Program-made: the position numbers and the translations under genes
Shown here: piece by piece, positions 54,508 through 64,000 of the stretch
Layout of the letters: each line of letters begins with the position of its first letter
Position numbering within the stretch: position 1 is the stretch's first letter
NCBI RefSeq assembly: GCF_006345805.1
Contig: NC_043002.1
Coordinates: 81,468,001 to 81,532,000, forward strand
Length of the DNA stretch: 64,000 nucleotides
Origin: Octopus sinensis
Lineage: Eukaryota
Reading direction: 5' to 3'
The notes under the pieces: generated by a model
What the model was told of the DNA's origin: nothing
Database searches by the model: none
Seen by the model: the letters and a program-made list of their open reading frames with translations, nothing else

Positions 54508-54904
54508 TATATATCAGGCACGTACCGTTAGTAATTACTCAGGGTGGGCAGTTGGTAACGTTTATGTAGTAAAACACACACGCCAAAAAAAAGCGAAACA
54601 GAGATGCGCGACTGAGTTGAAGGTAGATTTACTTCTGCCTTTATAACACGTAAAGAAAACGTTGTTGTAGGAATGTATGCAGCATGTGTACTACAGCAAT
54701 ATAATGTGTAGCTTTAATACTGAGATTGAAAGACAGGGGCGAATTATGCCTACCTAATCTACAAAAACATATTTGGTATTTTACGCATAGTAATCAGAGT
54801 AAACTTCACAATTTTATTGAATTTGGTGCATGTTTTGCCATAAAAGGAAAATGTTAACTATCAGTCTATTTATTCAGGGTAGGCAGTGCCAACTTTGTGT
54901 ACCC

Positions 54905-54959
<55 letters not shown>

Positions 54960-55329
54960 GATATATATATAATATATATATACTAAGCAATTAAGGTTTA
55001 GCAACGAATTGCCTTACCGCCCACCGAATTATATATATATATATATATCGTCGGTCCCTACAATTCAGAGAGAAGCCGTTGGTCACCCCTACACTATAAC
55101 AGAAGACACTTACCCAAGATGGCGCGCAATGGGACTGAACCCAAAACAATATTGTTGTGATGGAAATTTCTTAATTCTTTGAATTCATCATACTGAAGGG
55201 CCTGGCTTCGTACTTAGAAACAAATTTCCTTGTATATAATTTATTATAGAATTTAGACAAGCACAAAAACACTGTAAAAAGACGTACGCTAACTTTATAA
55301 AATCCTTGAACATTTTCATTGTTCTACTG

Positions 55330-56200
55330 GAAGATCAGAGTAATTGCTAGCTGTTATGTTCTTTTGCCTAGTGATCCTTCTACCTTTTCCAGATTATTAC
55401 TTTAGCACGTTCATCAAATAGATGAGATATAAATGTAAATATATAACCTAGATTGGCAATCTGCAGGTTCCAGAGTAATTGACCATAACTATTTTGTCTT
55501 TCTCACCGATTTTGAATGAAATGTTTATATACATTGAGCAGTTGACTTCCCTAACAGGGATTTAATTTTCCATCCCCAACTTATGTCAGGCCTGATGTGT
55601 TTTGAGCTTAATAAAAGTGTTGATGAGGATATTCCGATAATATCCTTTATATTGGATTGTACGCATTGTATGTATATACCCGATGACAAATATTTCTTCA
55701 ATGGCCATTCTTCCTTCGTATGGCATTTAATATTGTTGTAGCAACCACGTCATGCCGCATTGGAAGATAAAGCCTTTAAGACATTTAGGGCAGCTGTGTT
55801 TATCACATGTGCAATGTCTATCACATATGTGTATGATATAATCGATATTTTCTGTTTCATTTAGTGGGATTTAAGAGATTCACTGTTTTGATGTGGTGTT
55901 TTTCAACAGGATTGCGTAGTTATCTCTTGCTCTTGGACTGCAAAAACGTTAAAACCAAACTCTGACACGATGTCAGTAAAGATATCTAGTCTAAGAGTGA
56001 CTGTGTTTCCAGTCAATATTAGCTGTGTTCTCAAGTTTCCAAGAAACAATACCATGCAATAACATAGTGTTAGTATTCAGGATGTTTTTTCCCAAGTTTC
56101 TTGTCGAAAAGGGTTCTTCAAAGAGTTCTGGGTTCGCATGGAACATCTTCGAGAACCAAATATTTCTTGAGGAATTGATTAGCAACTCTCAGTGTTTTCA
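55330..56200 (-). mobile_element. Decayed RLE-type LINE fragment related to 50095-51830
   Basis: Manual minus translation: VFAVQEQEITT..HVINSCPK..MRHDVVATT..KHIRPDI..NYGQLLWNLQ. Confidence 0.75.
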
Positions 56201-56224
56201 TCACTTTTGTTATTGCTGCAGTTA

Positions 56225-56345
56225 TTTAGATGCTGCTTATTTCTTTATTGCCCACAAGGGGCTACACACAGAGGGGACAAACAAGAACAGACAAAGGGAT
56301 CAAGTCGATTATATCGATCCCAGTGCGTAACTGGTACTTAATTTA
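56225..56345 (-). mobile_element. SINE group C 3' fragment
   Basis: 'cccacaaggggctacacacagaggggacaaacaag..cccagtgcgtaactggtactt'. Confidence 0.85.
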
Positions 56346-56349
56346 TTCA

Positions 56350-57905
56350 ATATTCCTTGGTTACTAAAATTTCTGAATGCATTGGTAATAATCGAAAGAA
56401 ATTTATTCGAACTACATTGGTTATGAAAATTTGGAATGTTCGTACACTGGTTGGTGGAAGAGCAACCGTGTGCGACAGACCGAAAAGAAGATCAGCCCTT
56501 GTTGATACGGTAATATTAAGTGAGATGCAACTACCTGATGAAGGGGAAAAGGACAGAAATCGGAGCCAACTACACACTTTTTTACAAAGAGAGACCATGT
56601 GAAGATTGAAAGCTGAGTCGAGTTAGATTTGCCATGAAGATTTTCATTATGAAACAACATCGTTCTGCTGCAAAGAATCACATTACTGTCGTCAGTGCAT
56701 ACTTTCCAACACTGGATTCCGATAAAGAGTTGGCAGGATATTTTGCGAATATATCAATTAATCTCTTCATTCAGTCCCCAAACGTGACAAACTTTACATA
56801 ATGGAGGATTTAAGCGCAAGAATTAGGAAAAATTTATCCTCTTTGAGAGAATATATTGAGGAAAGGAGTCGACAATTTCAACTCAATTGGTCTTGTATTG
56901 CTAAGTCTTTGTTCTGAGGATAACTTTGTTATGAATAATACCTTTCCCAGACACAAAGGTAAATACAAAATATCTTTGAAGCGCTCGAGATCGAATTATT
57001 AGCAGCTCATCGACTATGTCATCACCAGAGCCATAGATAGATCAAACGTTCATATCATTAGAGCCATGAAAGACACCGACGACTGTAGGATGAATCAGTG
57101 ATTGGTTATCTGAAAGTCAACATCAAAGTGAAACTGAAACTGAATAGCTAGTAATATCTCACCGAGAAAGAAGGTCAATATCGAATTTCTTCGTAACTCT
57201 AATCGCCACGCTGCATTCGGAAACCGTATCTCTGAAGAACTTCAATAATATGCACCCTGTCCTCACAAGAATATATCGAAGAACACTGGATCAACCTAAA
57301 CTAACCAAAGTTGCAGCAGTTCATCGAACTTACCAAAGACATCAGTCTGATTAAAACGATTCTAAAATTATATTACTCATCATCTGGAAAAGACATACTT
57401 CACTTGCTTCAGACATTGAGCAACCTTCAATTACCAAAAACAGAAAGATACAAAACTTTCATATATAAAATCCAAACCACGATTCGCGAATTCCATAGCG
57501 ATTGGTGGGTTCTAATGTTACATTGACCAATGATACACGAGAACATTTTATGCAGCACTCAAAATCATCTCTGGCCCTCCTCCGTCTGCTGTAATTCCAC
57601 TCAAGTCAACAGATGGATCAACAGACGAAAAACATGAATCTGCTCTTCTTAGCAGTTAGATAGAACAGTTACAGCTTCATCTCAATCATCCAATTTACGT
57701 CATCAATGCCACCATTGACTGCTTTCCTATTCCCCAAAACTTATTGAGGTTCCAACAACCATTAGTAAAATAAAGAATAACAAATCTCCCGGGCCAGACA
57801 AAATCCCTGTAGAAACCTTCAAGATGAGCAATTACTGAGTAGTTGATGGCATCACCTCTTTCTTTTTTATCTAGGAGAGACAAGTTCGCTCTCACTTTAA
57901 AGATG
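56350..57905 (+). mobile_element. Decayed RTE-clade LINE: apurinic endonuclease domain to the start of RT
   Basis: MKIWNVRTL..RRSALV..LSEMQLPDEGE, SAYFPTL, LIDYVI, NNKSPGPDKIP.E.FK, FKDA across stops and frameshifts. Confidence 0.85.
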
Positions 57906-57964
57906 CACTTAACGTAGTTTTCGGTGAAATTCAGCGTGACATAGAATACGAAAAGGCTGGTACT

Positions 57965-58335
57965 TTGAATTGTAGATACAACTCATTTTTGCAAGTTGAG
58001 TGGACTGGAGCAACGTGAAATAAAGAGCCTTGCTCAAGGACACAACGCATCGCTGGGAATTGAACTCACGACCTTACGATCGTGAACCGAATACCCTAAC
58101 CACTAAGCCATGCACTTACACAATTCATGTTATAGAAGCCATCATATAAAAATTGGCTGCGTAAAGAAAAAACCAGCAAGGGAATAAAAGTTGAGAAGGT
58201 GCGTGGTCTAGTGGTAAAGCAACTGAGCACTAGGTCGTACGGTTAAAGGTTCGATTCCCGGTCTGAGAGGCGCGTTCTACCCTTAAGCAACACATTTTAT
58301 TTCACGTTGCTCCAGTCTACTCAGCTAACAAAAGC
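57965..58335. mobile_element. Divergent pair of SINE group B fragments (57965-58120 minus; 58195-58335 plus)
   Basis: 'gactggagcaacgtgaaataa' and its reverse complement 'ttatttcacgttgctccagtc'. Confidence 0.75.
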
Positions 58336-58623
58336 GAGAATTTAAGACAGACAGAGTAACACACCACACACCACACACACACACACACAATACACACTAC
58401 AGATATGCATCTACACACAAAATTAGATACACATTCACACGCTTACTTCAACATACACATTCACACATTTAGTTAGTCATTTATGGGCCCAAATAGACAA
58501 ACACTAAAATATGATAGTATTAAAAAAAATACAGAAAACATGATGTAAAAGTAACGCAAATAACTGATAACATATATACATACATATAAATATATATATA
58601 TATATAAAGTGAGAGAGAGGGAG

Positions 58624-58661
<38 letters not shown>

Positions 58662-58897
58662 CAAGTACATATTAGATATTGCATGTGTGTGTGTGTGTGT
58701 GTGTGTGTGTGAGTGTGTGTGTAAAACAAGAGGAAAATACATAATGCTGACACAACTGTTGTGCTAAATATATATTTAAATATTTCTTGCATAAGGTTAT
58801 TCAAAGACACATCTAAAGTTGTATTACAACATATGATGAGCTTCCTGTCTTCGCATTTATACATAAAAAAATACTATATGTGTATAGTAATACATAC

Positions 58898-58940
<43 letters not shown>

Positions 58941-59164
58941 TATATATCCATACATACATACATATGAGACATCTATTTTCTTGTTTTCTAACTTTCTAAT
59001 TTATTCTTAAACAAGATTAAAAATTTTTCCCCATTTAGAATTGAAACCAAAAAAGAAAATAAAAAGAGAGAGACACTGAAAAGAAGCAATGCTTCCATGT
59101 AACTATTTCTGCGTGTGTTTATACATGTCTATCCGTATATACATATGTGTATGGGTGTGATTGT

Positions 59165-59227
<63 letters not shown>

Positions 59228-59564
59228 TGTGTGTCTGTGTGGGTGTGTGTGATATGTATGGTAAACAGGAAGACATATCTGATCCAGCGTTCCGTTCCGT
59301 TGGTATTTTGGACGCCTGTTTATCGCACTCAGCGCACACCTAATGGTACATTGAGCCTTGTTGTGCTTGGTATTTGAAAATAGACAAAGCACACACACAT
59401 AGACGCACACACATGCACGCACACTCACACACGCACACGCTAAACCACACACATACACATAAATACTTTCCCGCTTTCTCTCTCTTTTTCTCTCTTTCTT
59501 TCTCTCTCTTTCTTTCACTCTCTTTCTCTCACTCTCTCTCTCTCTCTCTCTTTCTTTTTACAGG

Positions 59565-59965
59565 AAACGCTGTGAAAAAAAAGGCATGTTTCTATACGTG
59601 ACAAATGCATGGTATACCAGGCCATAGTGCCTTCTTCCCTGCTCTATGGAGGTTAAACTTGGACAATCTATAAAATTCAAGCAGACAAATTACATGCATA
59701 TATGATGGGACAGCTGCGACATATTATGAATATCGTTCTCTTTGACAAGATCAAGAATGCAAAGATCCTACGGCATCCCTGTCTGCTCCTTATGATGGAA
59801 GTCCTCATTGACAGCAATTTACGTTGGTTGATACGTAATCACAGGACGGACTGCAGCAGACTCCCCAGACAACTCTCTTATTCCCAGCAGCTATGCAAGG
59901 AGAAAAGAAACCACGGAAGACCTAGACTGAGATTCAAAGAGGTATATGAAGTGAAAAGGAATTGA
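59565..59965 (+). mobile_element. RTE-clade LINE C-terminal fragment
   Basis: ORF 59702..: LRHIMNI..DKIKN..LRW..RLPRQL.YS..GRPRLRFK. Confidence 0.85.
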
Positions 59966-59989
59966 TCATATGAAAATGGCAAACCCACT

Positions 59990-60335
59990 TACTTGTACTT
60001 GTACTTGTGACGGCGTTCACCCAGGGCGGGTTGAGCCGGCTTCTTCTCTGGTCCTGACGGCATCACGAACCATGGCAGCCCACGCTCGACGGTCCTGTAC
60101 GAGGTCACTGGAGATAGCGAACCATTCGCGGTTCCATCTGTGCAGACCGATGACCTGCGGACCTAAGAGTTCGGAGAGGTCCTCGTTTATCGTCGTTGCC
60201 CAGGTCTTCAGCTGCCCGCCCTTGCGTTTGCACCAGTCGGGAAGTGGAGGTGGATGAGGATATCGCGAATAAGCTCACCCTCTGGACGCCGCATGATCGA
60301 ACCACCTTATGCGCCGTTGGCAAAGCCAAGCGAAA
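59990..60335 (-). mobile_element. GC-rich RTE LINE 3' end with a (CAAGTA)n tail
   Basis: QRRIRWFDHAA..WCKRKGGQLKTWATTINEDL..QDRRAWAAMVRDAV..G*; TACTTG x3 at about 59990-60008. Confidence 0.85.
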
Positions 60336-60914
60336 AACCGACCAGTATGGAGAAAGATCATTAAGTCATGCCAAAACCGGGAACAGTCATAGTCGCGACG
60401 ACTGACTGTAGAAGACTAGTATGACCACTACTGACTAATTCTCTTATCCTTGGTGTTAAAGATGACTGTCAGCAACGCCAGCACCGAAATTTGAAGTCAG
60501 TAACAGCTTGCACAACATCGCTAAGACTCTCTACAAATCCAAGTAGTCCAGAAACAGACAAACAAGAGCAAAAGATTGCTGGCTTTGCAATGAGGTGGAT
60601 GTTACTCCGGAATTTCCTTCGAGTAGAGAGATGTCTAAACAATGACTAGGATATTTTCTCGCCCCCAGCTCTTGGCTGGCTGTTGATTCGACTGAACTCA
60701 TTTTCACTTTGAATGGTTTTGTTTTTCACCCTGCTAAGTGTCCAACGAAAACCACCCTCCTTTCCAAGCATGTTACGGTTGCAGGTTTAGATGCTGGCGG
60801 CCCCATCATGCGACCGGTCGTATTGGGTTACATGTTGCCAGTGGCACTACGAGAGAAAAAGTGACCTTATATACGCATACATGAGATCGATTAGAGGTAC
60901 AGTGAAAATCTGTT

Positions 60915-61275
60915 TAATAACATGTGGTAAGAAGCTCGCTTCCCAACCACATGGTTCCGGATTCAGCCCCATTGCGTGGCACCTTGGACAAGTGTCTTCT
61001 ACTATAGCCTCGGGCCGACCATAGCCTTGTGACTGGACTTGGTAGACGGAAACTGAAAGAAGCCCGTCGTGTACGTGTGTGGTGTTGCCTATGTTTGTCG
61101 CCCTCAACACCGATGTTGGTGTGTTAACGTCCAATAGAATATTAGTTATTCTAGACCAATAGAATAAGTACAAAGTTTACAACAAAGAATAAGTCTCCTT
61201 GGATGAGATTTCTTTGACTAAAGGCAATGCTCCAGCATGACAACAGTCAGATGACTGAAACAAACAGAAGAATGA
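60915..61275 (+). mobile_element. SINE group A lacking a long internal microsatellite
   Basis: 'ccaaccacatggttccgg..gcaccttggacaag..gaagcccgtcgtgtac..atgactgaaacaa'. Confidence 0.85.
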
Positions 61276-61281
61276 AATAAA

Positions 61282-61312
<31 letters not shown>

Positions 61313-61326
61313 CATTAATTTTTTAT

Positions 61327-61362
<36 letters not shown>

Positions 61363-61975
61363 TAGAGAAATACAATTGACAATCTAACAATTTATTACAT
61401 TATAATATAATATACCAAATTCAGAAATCCATATACAGCCATATATACCCACAAACAACACACCGCTACCACCACCACCACCACCACCACCACCGCATTA
61501 AAATATCTAAAATACTATAAGAGCTGATATGCCGATATGCTGATATACTGAAATATAGTGTTGATCACACACAGCTGCCGGTTCTGTCAGTTTGACTACA
61601 CCCTTATCTGTGTCGATCTCTGATAGTAATTTATGTGTTAGCTATATATTATCTGTTCGTCTTATATATTGATATTATTGTTAGCGTTGCAGAATTTTAT
61701 GGAACACGCTGAAAATAAACGTTGTTAAGAGGAAGTGAACGTTACGGTGAGCCAGTAATTAAAATTCAGCCGGATAAATAACCAAAAAATAAGTAGTTTG
61801 TATGTACTTTATATATGCATGTGGTGGTGGTGGTGTGTGTGTGTGTGTGTGTGTACAAATACATATAAATACATATATGTATGTAAGTATAAGGTATATG
61901 TATGTATATATAAGTATATGTATATATATATATATATATAAACATGCATACATACACACACACACACACACACAC

Positions 61976-62009
<34 letters not shown>

Positions 62010-62261
62010 AGGAGAGAAGGAGAAAGAGATTCATTGATAGATAGATATCAACATAGAAGTATATATGCATATATAATATGTGTGTGTGTATTGATATGTG
62101 TATTTACACACACAAGCGCGCACACATACATACATACATACATACATACATACATACATACATACATGTAAATACATCCATATCTATACAACATATATAT
62201 ATTTCTATATATATTTATATGTATGTACGTATGAATGTATGTATATATGTATGTATATGTT

Positions 62262-62379
<118 letters not shown>

Positions 62380-62523
62380 CACACACACACACATTGTTAA
62401 ATACATACATATAAATAGTGATGGGAGAGAGGGAGAAGAGGACGAATGATAGAAATTGAGTGAGAATAGTACAGGAAATGGTGACTGACAATCATAGATA
62501 GATAGATAGATAGATAGATAGAC

Positions 62524-62598
<75 letters not shown>

Positions 62599-63294
62599 CA
62601 GAGGAGAGAGAAATAGAGAAAAGGGACGTGATGACAGAGAGAAGTGTGCATGTGTATCCCTATACGCACATTAACACATACATACATACATACATACATA
62701 CATACATACATACATACATACATACATACATACTACATACATATGTGTATGTTAAAGACCCACAGAGAGAGACAAGGTAAAAATTTTACTACGACAAATG
62801 TTGAAACGGAACTTTAAGCAAACGACAAGACAAGAGGTTGAAATTAAATGAGTAGACAAAACGTAAATAAATAAACAGATATTGAAGAAAGAAGTTAATA
62901 TAAGAGAGAGTCGGAGAGAGAGGGCAAAGGTAATGAAGAGAGAAGAGAGAGAACGTGGCCAACAGAGAGACAGACAGGTTAATGGTGGGCAGAGTCGGAG
63001 AGAAATGAGGTAAATAGATAGACAGTATAAGAGTACATTTAATGAAGAGACAGTAACAAGTAAATAGAGAGGTGTTTTGAGACGGTATGTGGTTTGTGAC
63101 AGAGATAGGCAAGGAGATGGGGAGAGAGAGACAGAGACAATAAGAGAGACGCGGTGATGGTGGTTAGAACTAGAAAGTAGAATAACAAACAAAACCGTGG
63201 AGAACAAATCTAGACTGATTTTTCTCATTTCACAATTCTGTAAATCATCTGTAATGTTTCTTTCTTTGCACATACACACATACACGCACACACA

Positions 63295-63338
<44 letters not shown>

Positions 63339-63691
63339 ACACACACACACACACGCACACATAAGCGTATTCATGTGTGTACGTATATACTTGTATGTAT
63401 ATATACATGAATTTATAAGTATATATACGTGTGTGTGTGTGTGTGTATGTATATTAGTTTAAAGACACGCATATGCAGAAGTGTGTGTATGAATATGCAC
63501 ACAAATACATACATACATAAATATAATGTATATACACACTCAGATACACACTCACACACAAATACATGTGTTTGTTGATATACGTAGTGTCTGTGTATGT
63601 CTAAGTCTCTATAAAAATATATGCATATATATATATGTGTGTGTGTATGTATGTATATATTTGTATTTATATATATGTGTGTGTATATATA

Positions 63692-63747
<56 letters not shown>

Positions 63748-64000
63748 CACATGCATATGTATCTATGTATATGTTTATGTGCGTATAGGGACACACATAC
63801 ACACGCACGTCAATAATGGATTCTGAGAGATATGTGGAAAGTGGTAAATGATATGAGTGGAACTTATCGAAATAATTATTTCCAAATTAAACCGCAACAA
63901 TAAGCCAAACAACAACAACAACAACAACAACCAAACAACAACAACAACCAAACAACAACAATGAAAATGAAGTCTGTGACAACGTTACCGCAATATTAAC

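Overview
This is an AT-rich, microsatellite-saturated stretch of animal (eukaryotic) genomic DNA. I found no recognisable host protein-coding gene, rRNA, genuine tRNA or CRISPR array. Nearly all ORFs in the supplied track are translations of (TA)n, (CA)n, (CATA)n, (GATA)n or triplet repeats. The SINE families and repeat landscape suggest an octopus/coleoid cephalopod intron or intergenic region (inference). The window holds about 35 copies or fragments of three tRNA-derived SINE groups (called A, B and C here; A and B carry a CORE-like 'ccttgggcaag/ccttgagcaag' motif, and several copies have 12-18 bp TSDs). It also holds decayed LINE fragments: CR1/L2-like, several RTE, and R4/Dong-like elements with a restriction-like endonuclease. 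DNA transposons include three Tc1/mariner-superfamily transposases with different catalytic spacings (DD36E, DD37E, DD37D) and a pogo/Tigger-like MITE. The most unusual structures are: a ~1 kb near-perfect foldback (25535-26537); an RTE 3' end encoding three tandem C2H2 zinc fingers; a Penelope-type repeat with a minimal hammerhead-ribozyme core; stacks of elements separated by (AAT)n tracts, including an unclassified ~560 bp element; and a 4-copy ~390 bp tandem array with embedded microsatellites. Coordinates of decayed elements are approximate.
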